Of a DNA stretch of 64,000 nucleotides, positions 44,701 to 57,468 are shown piece by piece; within the stretch, counting starts at the first letter, position 1; the number at the start of each line of letters is the position of its first letter. The notes beneath the pieces were generated by a model. It did not search any database. It saw only the letters and a list, made by a program, of their open reading frames with translations, and was not told where the DNA came from. Made by a program: the position numbers and the translations under genes. Source of the stretch: Lingula anatina (Eukaryota; Animalia; Brachiopoda). Where the stretch lies: NCBI GenBank assembly GCA_051362555.1, contig CM120648.1:5762587-5826586 (forward strand), in the 5' to 3' direction.

Positions 44701-47700
44701 AGGGATTAAGTGCCATTTTGTTAATGACATATTCTGGGTGAAGTGCAATCCTGTGGCTAGACATTTCAAAGGAGTGATTCTTTTTTTTTTTTGAAAAAGT
44801 GAACATTTTACTTCAGAGTTCTCAGTTGATCCACCATGAGATATTACATAAAATCTAGATTTTTTTATAATTACAAAAATTTGTATTTCCTTATAAATCT
44901 AGTAGACTTCCATCGGTTTTTATTTTAATCCACCTTGTATCCCCGATATCCAGCACTTACATCTGTGATGACCTTCAACTTCCTGATGTACTCCACCTCT
45001 GTGTGCAGCAGCTCCCACAGCGCCTCCTGCTGGTCCTTCTGCTTCTTACTCAGACTCTACAAAATACAAGGTGAAGACAATGTAAAGACAACTATTAAGA
45101 TCTTTTTACTCAGATTCTGCTACAACAAGGTGAAGACAACTTAAAGCCACCTTTAAAATCTTTTTACTCCGATTCTAGAAGAACAAGGGGAAGACAAATT
45201 AGAGACACAACTTCCTCATATCTTTAAGCTTTCACTCAGACTCTGCAAAACCAATGTGAACCAATCAAGGTCCAACAAACTTATAAATCAACAGAATCTG
45301 AAGAGTACATGTATGACATACTAACACATGTAACACTATTTCATCATACAAAGAATTATAATAATAGATTATGTCAAGGGATCATTTTGATTGAAGAAAA
45401 AATTAGTGCTCAACACAGCTGATAAATTTCGACTGTGAGTAATCTTAAGTATTTTACCCCAGGGTCATCAACAAACGCTGTCCAGTGTCCTTCCAACTCA
45501 AACAACTGCTGGTCAAACTTGGGATGACCCAAGGTCAGTAGCTCTGGCATATCTGGCAAACCGGTCAGACTGTACTCATTCAACTTCTCCGAGAGAAGCT
45601 CTTGCTTGTTGGTCTCCTGAAAGATAAAAAAAAAAGAGAATCATGAGTGGTAATCGGTGAAGCATGATAATGGAAAACACACAATTTGATCATTTACAGG
45701 TACATTAACAACCGTCCCTTTCCTTGGTCATTTTCTATCTAGCCATTGCTTGCTCAGTAACAAATGAAAATGTATTTCTCTGTGTAATCTCTGGCTAAAA
45801 GCCACTAAAATATAAACTACCTTGGTTAACACACGAGAAGGCATGACAAACAGCTTCTCTAAAATTCTAGATACTGCGTCTCATCTCATAAGTGAGGAAA
45901 CTGGACTTTTCACCCATGTTAACAACTTTAGGTGGGACTTATTAAAATTCCTGTATTACATGATGCAGACATGTTTTGGTGTGTAGAGACATTGGCACAG
46001 ATGGTCGTGTGTGCCACTTATATGTTTCCATCAATCAGATGTATTATCGTGAACTAGCGTGAGAATATTGTGAAAATGGCATGTGTCAAGCGATGAGTGG
46101 CAATGAAAAAGACAAAATTACTACTATTAACATGACAACTGAAATTACAGTAAAATCAAACATATCCAATCCTCTGTGCCGAACAAAAACAAAAAATAAA
46201 AAATAAAAATAACAATAATTATTAGTATTACTTTATTCCACATCTTCCACAATCATATCAGTTCAAGACAAATCCTAAAAAAATTCCACATCTAGCTAAA
46301 ATTCATATCAGCTGAACACACTTGTTATCCCAGGACATCGAGATACTCACTTTGAGGCCAAACGTGTTCAAAATGGAGCTCAATCGTCCACCGGTGCGTC
46401 CTCGTAACTTCTGACCATCAGCAGCGGTCAGGGTGTTGTTGGGGCTACTGTTAATCTGGGAGTCAGTGCCGGGGGCTAGCTCCTCCCCTGGAGATATTAC
46501 GCTGATCTTTCTGGCTTTCTGATTCTGAAGCAGAAAAGAACACACAGCTTTATCTTCTATTCATATTACATGCGTTTGAAGAAATTTATTTCAATATCAA
46601 GGTTCCCAACATGGCTGTACTCGAAATAAGAGATAGATAATAATAACAATAATAATAGAATAACACATGTTATGAATGAGAGGCTGTCCTAAATAATACA
46701 CAGAATAATGTAAATATTAAGAGTTGGCAACTCTGCAACTGCCTTTCAATGTCCTAACCAAGGAATGATATCTCTGTATGGTTTGCATATGTGGGAACAG
46801 TCTTGTTTGTAAACAGTATGCCACATCTATTTTATCTCTTCAAGCATTTAAAAGTGTCTTTGGGCTGCTGGAGATCTATGCAAATTATCTGACTTCAGAC
46901 TTCTGTTTTTAAGTAATAACAAATCAGATTGCATGCATATATGAAAGCCATCTTTTTAAAAAAACCTGAAAAAAGTAATGAAGTGCCAGTCTGGGGATTA
47001 TCAACAGCACCCACATAATTATCCAGATTTTCATGCAATTCCAAAAAATCTGTCATCTTTCTTTAAATATTCAATTGGGCTACATTAGATGAAATACAAA
47101 ATAAATTAGATTATATAAATTAAATCCACAAAGTACAAATGATGTCATGATAAGGCCAAATGTGTCACAGCTAAGTCTAGAAAGTCACCAGGTTGTCACG
47201 GTAATGACAGATGTTATCATGTTGTCATGGTGATGACAGATGTCACATGACCACACCCTCTTGTACCTGACAACATTCTACAATGCACAGAACATTCCTT
47301 ACAGGATTGGTGAACATGCTTCAACAGTCACTGAGGTATCATTCCACAAAAATCTTGGACATTCGAGTCATATCCGTCGCTTAATCACTCTGTATAATAT
47401 TTACATATACTGTTTTATTTAGTTTTATAATTACCATGATTTTTTTATAAAACAGCAAGTAAGTATGTAAATATTAGATAATGAGTGCGTCTCTGTTATG
47501 ACTCAAATTTTTTTTTTAGGAATGACCATCATGCAATAATTCTCAAGGGGAATGTGAGGACTCGTGCATGTTTTGCAATATCAGCATATTCTTAGATGGC
47601 AAATATTTGTGTCGTTCTACATATGCCTTCATGTCACATTTGTTTTAGAAAGAGCATGCAACCAGAGATGTGACAAACCAGAATGTAATCTCGTGCTGCA

Positions 47701-50700
47701 TATAGCTACAAGATGTCTAGACCTCTTATTTTATACATAGAGCCTAGATCTAGACAACTTGCGAAAAACTAGCATTATATCATTTGAATGCCAAAATGAG
47801 AGAGATGGAGTTAAAATGAACAGATTCTCAAGAAGTAAACATCATGTCAAGCTTTCATGCTTACAACTATAGCTAAATGATCATGAACTTTTTATAATGC
47901 ATTCACATCTCTTTATCACATCATGCATCAAAAATGCTACAAATGCTGTAAAAATATTGTGCTGAAAATTGTTGAAGGTCAAGGTCATATATATCAAAGC
48001 AAAATCGATCTCATCTATGAACCACATTTTGTTTTCAAACAGAATTCCCAATGTGATTGCTTTCCCTAACCTTGTTGATGTAATCAGAAATATATATGAA
48101 TACTTACATCCTGAAACCAAACAAGCAAAAAAAAAGAATTTCCTTTAAATAAGGCATCACATGTCAATATTCCCCAGTATTTTCCTCCCACTTCCAATAA
48201 GCTGAAAACCACACCAGTGGCTTACTAGTGATTTTTGAACTCACAAATTCTTCTTCCTCATCTTCACTAAAGGCATAGGGGCTTAGCTTTGCCAAAGGGT
48301 GCTCAGCTCGCACAACTGCATGACAACGTGAAGTGTGCGTCTGCAGGGAGCAGCGGCGGTGGATCACGGGGGGAGTGCGAGTACGTATCGACTGTTCCCG
48401 CTTCACGTAATGCTGAGAAATATAAGCTTTTTTAAATAGAAATTCCGTCCCCCATTCTTGCTTATTCTTAATTGTCAAAAAATGATTATGTTACATTTTA
48501 TAACTATACCTAATGCAACGTATATAAATTACAAATAACTAGGAAGAAAGAATTCAGAAAATTTCACTGATCTGTAAAACTGAATAACTAGAATTGTATT
48601 CAAAGATACTTGTATAATGTAAACTGGGTGACTGTATAACTTAATGGGGAATTAATAACTGAACTCCAAGACAAATTATATATATCTAATTCAGTCTGTA
48701 CAAGTTACCAAACAAAAGCAGAAAAAATTTTTTAAATCTTTCATCAATGGGCTATTTAACAGATGACCAATTTCATTACAGCTGAACTCTTTGCCTTCCA
48801 TCAAACATTTTTCTCTAACCTTTCTCCCTATCTCTGACATCAGTTCTAAGTTCCATCAAGTCAAAGAGCACCCAAAGCCATATCCTTCTCCATCTTGATG
48901 AAGACAATGTTGTTGTTGCTTTCTTTTTAAATCAAAATAAATGTGAAATGCAGCAGTAGTCTGTTTGGTAAGTGACATGATTGCACTTCTTCTAACTTTT
49001 TGTCAGTGTCATAGAATGGTGGACTTCCCATCTCAACTGTGTAACGACCCTCATCCTAATGTCTGTATGCAAAATATTTCATTAACAGTTTGACTTGTGT
49101 ATTGTTTTTTGTAGAATGATAACATTATGCTCCATTTCTGTAGGTTCTTACTCCCCTTGTCAGGTTGCTTTCATTAAAACTGTGCTTGAAGGCCAGTCCA
49201 TTCTAACATTTTTTTGCACCACACAAGAATAGTATATTTCCTTTCTGTAGTGTTCTCATATCAATCTCACTGCTGTAGCTCCATTTTAACACTGTTCCTT
49301 GACAAACCTGTTTTTATCTAGATCCATCACCAATAAAATGTCGGTATGAGTGTCAAACAGAATAACCATCACAGCTACCTGGCCCAGGTCCTTGCCACTC
49401 GGCAGGTCAGAACAATGATTGTTTCCTCTTTTAATAGATTTCCTACAATTAAGCAGTTTCATCCACACCACAACTAAATGCTAAAACACTTAATCAACAC
49501 CCCAATTAGATACTCTAAGCTTCATTTCCAATGTGAACTCCCAGCAGTTTTCTTACAAAATCTCCATCAGTGCACGAGAATTTTGTTCTCCGAGTTTTTT
49601 CCACATAAGACATGGACAAGCTGCTGGTACCATGCTTTGACTGTCTCCAGCTGCCATTTGGTGTGGAAGATTACAGTCGATTATTGTCCGCCAGCTGCCA
49701 CTTTTCGCCAAAAGAAGACAACCAACTGAATTGGAGGTTTGTTAATGACACATCGTCTTATTTGCTATTACTTCATAGCTTTTCGTACTTGATCTGAGTT
49801 TATTATTATGAGTGGGTGTCATCTGTAAACATACTGGCAAGCATCCATATGGCAGAGAAAATTTTGAAGTCTTTCAAAGAAATATAAAACTTATTTGTCA
49901 AAACATTTTTGAAGTGAAAAAGTGAGTTTTTTCCCCAGAATGCCTGTACAGTGGTATATTCAGTTAAACTTTTTTAAAATCAAAATAAAATCAGTATCTC
50001 AGCTACACCTGATTAATAGCTGAAGTGGTTCTGTCCCATACAGAACAAAATACAGATCCCAAAAGAACAATAATTTAAATTTTTTTCCACCTCCAGCTGA
50101 CCACTGGGTATCTAAAAAGCACATTTAATGAACAAATAATGTCTACAGTTTATTTCTTTGTAAACAGCAATAAAATGAAAGAATCTATCCGTGTGCTTCA
50201 TTTAAGCTTGTCCTGAACATAAGTTCTCATTTCACAACAAATGAATAACTGGATAGCTATTTTGACCACAGGTGTTTTCTTTGATCCTCCAAACTGACCA
50301 CTGGTCACTCTGCCACTGATTCACAAAGAAACTGTTTAACATCTTGTAAACCACGCCATCATCGAGTGAGTCAACACTGACTATCAGCTTCAACCCTCAT
50401 CGTCAAAAAAAACCAACCATCATCCGTAGAAAAGGTTTTCTTTCAGAGTTGGTTACTGCTAGGCTGTTTTGGCTTCACTTTTCTTAATTCCTGTAAAGGC
50501 ATTATTCCTCCTTAATGAACCTCAATTTTTACAAATTCCCTAAAATGTGGCTAAAATCTGAGCTGTGGTAATAGGTTCCTCTCAATTCCAACGGCTGCCA
50601 TTGTTTCCCAAGTTGATCAAGTTTTGAAAATTGTCTGTCATTTCCAGAATTTCTTCAAATAAACACATTTTCTCCAAAGAAACATTTCAATTAAGAATGC

Positions 50701-53249
50701 CTTTAAAGTTGACAAAGACATTAACTTGAATAGTTCATTACATAAACCTCCTAATTCACTTCATTATGCAAAGCCGTCGCCACAACCTACAACTAAACAA
50801 TGTTTCTTTTTTATTTTTTGCATGTATTCAGATATGAGCCACCCACATTTGATTTATCATCCATATCTAATTAACACAGCTGTGGAACTGACTTGTATAA
50901 TAGATTAACAGTCCATGTTATGGGGCCCTATGTGTCTATAACAGGTTCCACAGCCTTGACTTCATGTTTTCCTAACAGGTGCCCCTGCTATGTATAATAC
51001 AAGCAGGTCAAAGATACCTGGGAATGGGTTGGGGGCTGGTCCACTGGGTGTTTTTTTCTCCTCCCCCAAATCCAGAAAACTGATTCCAAAGTAAAGTACT
51101 CTTCCATCATCTTCCTTATAGTAACCATATTGTCTAAACCCCACTTATGTGTCCACACTGGACACCCAATACTTAGCCCTAGCCCCAATTTCACAAAAAA
51201 AAACTTAAGTCAGTTCCCTGGCTTAGGTCCCATTCAGAATAGGGGACTAACTAGTCCGAGGGTCAAATATGGCCGACCCACTTGAATGCTAACCCACAGG
51301 ATATCTATTTAGTGTCTATTAGCGGATTAGACGGCAAGCTTTGTAGTAGGTCACCATATTTGACCCTCAGACTAGTTAGTCCCCTAATCTGAATGGGGCC
51401 TTAGTTGACTAGGGCTTCCATGAGAGTGCTGTTACACTTCTTCTGATAGGATAAGATATGCCCATGTGATCACGTGACCTTGGTAATTAAGTTCTTAGCT
51501 AGCCAGGGAACCTGACTTAAGTTTTTTTGTGAAACCGGGGCCTGATCAATGTATAATTCATTATAATGATTTAAATGGCTTCCCAGCTGCCACTGTGAGC
51601 CATGTGTTCTATACAGAACAGAGGCTGTTACATTCTAATCTTCCATATAATACATACAGTACAATATAAACTGATATGAACCTATAGTGTCCCTTTAAGA
51701 AAGTACATACAGCACTGTAGATCAGAAACGCCCATTTGGTTGTATAAATTTCGAGGTTACATAAAAAGTCATGTGACACAGTTCACAGACCCAACTACTA
51801 GACTATGTAGCCTTTTTAGATAATAGCAAGATAAACTTCAATCAATTCCAGTTATGCTGTAGATGTGACAAACAAGCATCTACGTAAACTGAAAATCAAG
51901 AAGTTAGGCAACATCAGCTCTAATAAACAGGCTACAAAACTTACCCCGCCTGGTTTCACTTTATCTCTCGCCTTATCCAATGACCTCGTCTTGGAAGCCA
52001 GCTTCGTTGGAATTGATGACCGCGGAATGAATGGACTGTCTCCATCTTTTGCTAAAGGAAGAACAATTGGAACACATTACTAGGAGTATTTAAAGATGGT
52101 GTTATAAATACAATACTGTGGATATTAAATGTTGTATGATTTACCTTTAATTCTAAAATGTTTAGCACATGACAATTTAATGTATGATGCTGTATTTAAT
52201 CACATTATCAAATGCTTTAATTCAGTATTCTTGTATTATTATACATTAATTTGTATCAAAATATTGACAGAATAGTTAACATATTGAATATTTCTGCTTT
52301 AAAGAAACAAAGACAGCAGTTTCAATATAAGTTTTGATATCAGACAAGTTATTATACAAAAGCAATGGCAATCATCAGCAACTGAAAAAATCTTTTAGAA
52401 GAATACATTTAAAACAGTGTCAAAACATTTTTCTCTGAACCAGATAGATATAAATGGCAAGTAACATGACCAAATGTGAAAAATATAAAACAATTTATCA
52501 AACAGATATCTTAAAATTTCCTGAAAGAAAAAGAAACAGATGAGATGTCATTTCTGAAAACAAAATAATATAAATAATAAATTAAAAAACATAAGGATTA
52601 CTAAATTATTAATTCATAAATAAACATACAGATTAATTGTTTTACAGATAACATAGTTTATATTTTCCCTGAAAAGAAAAGTTGGCCCAAATGGGGTGTG
52701 TTAGGTGAGACAGTGGGCAGCAATCTCACCCAGTATAAACAGAATGCTTGCATGTCTTCCATCCACATGTACTGCAACACTACAATCTTAAAAGTTAATT
52801 GTAGCAAAACTTTTCACATGAACAGTGCATGCAGTTTTCTGATCTGCTTAATTTTGAGAGATAAACTGCCTTGCACATGCAACCTAAACAAAGCCCCCCT
52901 CAGTCCCCCCCCCCCCCTCCACGATAAACAGCACAAAATAATACTGATAGCACTATATAAATTTTTTTGTGAGCTTGGGGAATTACATAGGTTAACATAA
53001 TCCACAACAACAATAACTACCAACACAATGCTTTGGTTGCTATTGTTATCCAAGCATCTAACACATGTCACCCAAACACATTCCTTGTGATTTGTAATCA
53101 GATTGCGACACATTGTCAATATTTGTTCTCACTTGTATGTAGATCACAAATGGCAAGTTTTCATGGTAAAGCCCTCTCCCTGCTCTCATACATACATTTT
53201 CTCCCATTATTCCTCCAGACAACTTTACCTACATTTCAGTAACACCATC

Positions 53250-53303
<54 letters not shown>

Positions 53304-54940
53304 ATTTCAGATGGATACTCTCATACTGTCAATATTAGCACACTCTCCTGAATCCTTCACCAAAGTCAAGAGAGGAATTCACAGACTATTACAACACTAT
53401 ATTGTGAATCCCGGCTGTAATCTCAGGTTCAATGGATCAGTGTTATTGGAGTAATGAATACCTCTAAGCTTACATCACAATGTATTCAGATTGAGCAAAT
53501 ATTTCTTCGAGTGTGAATAGCGTTGCATGGTTTTGGGTAAATAAATATCATTCCACAAGAATGAAGGTGATACTTTTTCATCTTATAGTTGTATGCTTTG
53601 GAGCTTCCTTTTACCAATGCTTTTAATATCAATAATCATAAGTTTCCCCTTCTTTTTGAAATTTGTTTGTATCTATCCCCTGTATCCATTATATTGTTAA
53701 TAAAATCATTATTAAGGCCACATTGGAGCTCACAGTTCTACCTGTATGTGGCAGTAGTGAGGTTGAAGATGGCCACATTTCACCCACCCCCCACTTCTCT
53801 CTCTCTCTGCCTTTCCCTCTCCCTCCCTCTCTCTCTCTCTCTCTCTTTCTCCTTTTCTCTCTCTCTTTCTCTCTCTCTATCTCCTTCCAACCATTTCTCT
53901 CTCATTCACTCTCTCTCTTTCATTAATTTCTAGCAACTATAAATTCACAGACATCAATCACCAGACCACCAATCACAAAGGGATAGCAATCTCCACGCAG
54001 AAAATCCACAGTGACCAATAATGGCCACATTATGGACACACACTTGGAGATAAGATATGGTCACTCAAGTGCTAACACACCAATTATGAACTGGTCAGTG
54101 TCAATACTGGACTGTTACTATGCACACAATAGAATGCAGTATCAGGGCTGTTACAGCAGAGGATATTGTCACAGTGCTGTAGGGGGATTAACTCGCGGAC
54201 TTGTCACACTGGACACTCTGCATTAAAATTGCAGCTCTTTGGGGGGTAAAGCTCTAGGTTTTAACCATATTAGAGTTGTAAAAATCTTAATTAGTAATTT
54301 TTTTACTTTCTCATGACACAAAAATGATAATTAAAACACGGTAACTTTAACTTCAGCAGTGACAGCCAAAAATTAGTATCTCGTCATACGAAGAATCTTA
54401 AGTATTTTTTATACACATCTCTGACTTGAATAAGTCTGTGGCCTTCAATTAGCTGAGGCGTACCTACTAGCATGTCAAGTCAGTTTAAATTTATATGGTA
54501 TTTAACATAATTATTATAAAAAAACTGAAGGTGACTGAAGTGTTGCTTATCTTCATGTTACAGCTATTCAGATTGATATTCATGCATGCCATGGCCAAAA
54601 TATGAATATCACACACCACATCGAAGTGACAAATTTGCACAGCAAAATTAGCAAATATCTCATTCAAAAGATGGAACGTTACCTACAAACATGCCTCCAA
54701 CTAAGTGCTAAAAAGTCATCACAGGCCATGTATAGACTAAGTATAGAACAAGGCATCAGTCCTTGACGGACACAGATGGTACCTTTGATCCTAGGACTAT
54801 TAAACTTGCCCATAAAAAATACATTTACAACTGCTTTATAGGGGAGAGTGACAACTCACTTAACCAAGGTGGAAATCAAAATGTTTATTACTGTGCACAG
54901 ATTTACACTCTCCATTTCTGTCTCCCTTCTCTCTTTCTTC

Positions 54941-54979
<39 letters not shown>

Positions 54980-55984
54980 CCCTTCTCTCTCTCCTCTCTC
55001 TCTCTGCATGGTTTGAACAGAAAACAAAAGGCTCTATCCTGCTCTATTCCATATAGAGTCACAACATGCACAAGTATACCTCATATCATTTTCTGCTCTA
55101 ATTGCAATTTTTGTCAGACTGCGCCCTAATTTTATTCAAAATAGAGGTACTTAGCTCAACTAAGCCAGGAACTGAATTCATAAGTTTTTTTTTTTTTTTT
55201 TTTTTTGTGAACCTGGGGCCAGCAGTAAGTGCTTCACATGAGGACAGCTTAATGTCAAAACTACCACATGAAGATATCATGATGATATTACCTGAAAATA
55301 TTTCTGAAAATTATATAAATATATAAAGTTATGCTCTCTCAGAGGTGATAATTTATTAGATAGATATATACATGTAATATTCAAATGCTGAAAAGTCAAA
55401 ATTTTGAAAAGTCATCTGTACTAAAATATAATGGATTCGAAGGACCTAAAAAAAGAAATATCATTAAGAATAAATATTTTAAGGAATAATAATTCCTCTC
55501 AAAATTTATCATTAATCCTGAAAAAGCATTTCTCCTCTCTCCCAGCAAACCTGGTAAAAAACATCTTAAAGTTTACTGCAGGGTCATACAAATTATACAG
55601 TAATAGCAAATTGCAGTAACTATTCACATCTAAGATCAAATAGTTCCTAGACAAATTTTCTATCCTTGATGTGACAATATCAACAGGTTCTTCTAACAAC
55701 ATCTAAAAACCAAAATCATTACCAATCCAATATCACAAGGTACCTTCATCAGGGAATAAAGGTATAGGTGTACCTGGGAACACAATTAGGACACTGAATT
55801 ATTGGAGTAACTATGGTAATAGTTAACTCTTAGTTTTAGCTGTTGATGGAAGAACTTATTATTGTATCTTTGAGTGCAAAAACAGAGCTCAGATGAAATT
55901 ATGTGTTCTAAACTTGATATATTTACCAGGTGAGTTGTCAGGCCAGGCCTGGGTAGGATAGGCCGGCAAGTTGACCAGGGACAT
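38734..55984 (-). CDS. PLEKHG5: PLEKHG5/Syx-like Rho guanine nucleotide exchange factor (DH-PH, C-terminal PDZ ligand), about 956 aa, or about 1012 aa with the 48412-48245 exon. Exons: 55984-55927 (tentative first), 52051-51945, [48412-48245], 46524-46351, 45616-45458, 45056-44961, 44658-44608, 44270-44118, 43700-43590, 43265-43116, 42873-42736, 41890-41774, 41376-41235, 41105-40999, 40562-39265, 38743-38734
   Basis: Exons join in frame at GT-AG sites. DH motifs QQEALWELLHTEVEYIRKL, LFSNISEI, CNRLKLNDLLVKPMQRLTKYSLLL. PH motifs MDVHCFLFTDMLLVTK and GSFLLIYLNEYHVA. The C-terminus KKLSHAEIMKMKKQLLLSSNVEASEV resembles PLEKHG5 ...LLLNSTLTASEV. Core exons are high confidence; the 5' exons are less certain. 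Confidence 0.88.
41859..42385. repeat. about 122-bp tandem repeat x5 spanning an exon start and its upstream intron
   Basis: gtcagggtgaagttactgtactc...ctgaaatatta...ccttgaaccacagg recurs; acceptor-equivalent positions are 41891, 42014, 42134, 42258 and 42380. Confidence 0.9.
45043..45250. repeat. about 60-bp tandem repeat x4 spanning an exon start and its upstream intron
   Basis: ttactcagaYtct...acaaggtgaagacaa recurs; acceptor-equivalent positions are 45057, 45117, 45175 and 45243. Confidence 0.85.
48108..48110 (-). CDS. candidate 3-nt microexon (GAT, Asp) of the RhoGEF
   Basis: The minus strand reads ttcttttttttTGCttgtttggtttcag|GAT|gtaagt; phase 0 matches the flanking exons. Confidence 0.6.
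48245..48412 (-). CDS. 168-nt phase 0-0 exon of the RhoGEF (HYVKREQSIRTRTPPVIHRRCSLQT...FSEDEEEEF)
   Basis: cttatatttctcag| acceptor, |gtgagt donor, open frame, and locally GC-rich within an AT-rich intron. Confidence 0.7.
51182..51542. mobile_element. PIF/Harbinger-type MITE containing a nested MITE
   Basis: TIR gccccaatttcacaaaaaaaaacttaagtcagttccctggct / agccagggaacctgacttaagtttttttgtgaaaccggggc. A solo end of a similar family lies at 55151-55220. Confidence 0.8.
51226..51400. mobile_element. nested PIF/Harbinger-type MITE
   Basis: About 47-bp TIR ggtcccattcagaataggggactaactagtccgagggtcaaatatgg; TTA TSD. Confidence 0.85.
53257..53300. repeat. (CT)n microsatellite; imperfect CT tracts also at 53796-53920 and 54920-55005
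   Basis: Read directly from the sequence. Confidence 0.9.
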
Positions 55985-57220
55985 GGACCGTCCACGCCGC
56001 CCAAATCCTGTCGATGTCACTGACTGAAACATTGTCTATCTGACCAAGAGGTTGTAGTTTCAGCGATCAATTAATAAAGTTCAGCAACATGTACAATAAT
56101 CCTCCATCAGTCTTTCCTTGAAGTGTAACATCGTGCTGTTGTGTTGTAAATATTTCAGAGAAAATGTTATAGAAATTATCCTGTTCTCATCCATCCAAAG
56201 GTGATGGCTTTGTATACAGTTTGTCATTCTATATATATAATATCCATGATTGTGATTCATACCTAAAAGAAAACGTCATTAAGATAAATTTTTCATCCAA
56301 TAAGAATTCAACCTCTTGGCATTAAACAAATAGCCCTTATTTTAAGTTATGTCTGTCAAGTTGAAAATTCTGCATCTTGTATTTGAACAAGTACTGGATA
56401 TTGTACTGATATTTTCTAGTTTAGTTTCTATGAAATATTACAAGTACCTGTCCACCAAGCCTACCCTGTGTTCCCTAACATTACCTCCACACCTTAATCT
56501 TATATCTGACCTCAAAATAATCAACATCCACCCTATAAGTAATACAACATATAAAGCAGTTCTCGATCAGCCACACTCTACATATATGCTGACTCTCAGA
56601 GCAAATGTAGCCTGTGCATTGCTGGATTTTATCGATATATATATATATATATATTAAAGGTGTGAAGATTGTGTATAAGTAAAAAAAAAATTCCCCACCC
56701 TTATCAAATTAAGGAGTTAATCGTTGTCCTCCTCCCTCAGTCTGCAAGGCTGAGAGGTAAGACAGGGCAACCACTTGACCCTCTGCTCACTAACATATAA
56801 GGTATGTAAGGTGCACAATCCACCATAAAACAAGGGCAAGGAAAGTGAAGTATTGTGTCAACATATCACATACCTGTGTTACCTGGCCCAGCTCAATGAC
56901 ACTCTCACACGCTCCTTTACTAGGTGTTTTAGTGTTGGTGACATTGGGTGATTTAATAAAAGCGGGTCTGGTTCGCCCCCCTTTCTGTCATAAATTGTCA
57001 CTTTTTTGTGCCTTAATATTTGTAATGACAGTGATAAAGTGACATATGGTGACACTTTCTGCAACTGATACATTTGTAACTATTGATATGCTGGTAGAAT
57101 TGGGTATCTTAACAACATGTCTTCATGGATCTTTAACCTTCTAAGCTTCACTTGAGTTGTATATGGCAGTCTGGGCAAAACACTAACTAAAAACCTAGGT
57201 ATAAGCTCCAGTGACTTTAA

Positions 57221-57468
57221 AGGCTCATTCCCAATAAAACTATCATTCTACGGAGATCAATCCAACTCTGTGGGGACTCTTGCTAAATGCAATCAGATTA
57301 ACAGATAAACACGCCTCCTCCTGGCATTGAGTAGAATACAGAAATGCTCATGATTATATGAGAATGTTGGAAATAAGAGCAGGCATGTTAGTTTGATTGT
57401 ATTCAGAAACAGTCCCCATGAAGTTGGCTTGATCTACCAAGAACCAAATTTTTACTGGGAATGAGCCC
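57221..57468. mobile_element. 'cattccca' family PIF/Harbinger-type MITE
   Basis: ggctcattcccaataaaa...gatcaatccaactctgtggggact / agtccccatgaagttggcttgatc...ttttactgggaatgagcc; taa/tca flanks. Confidence 0.8.
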
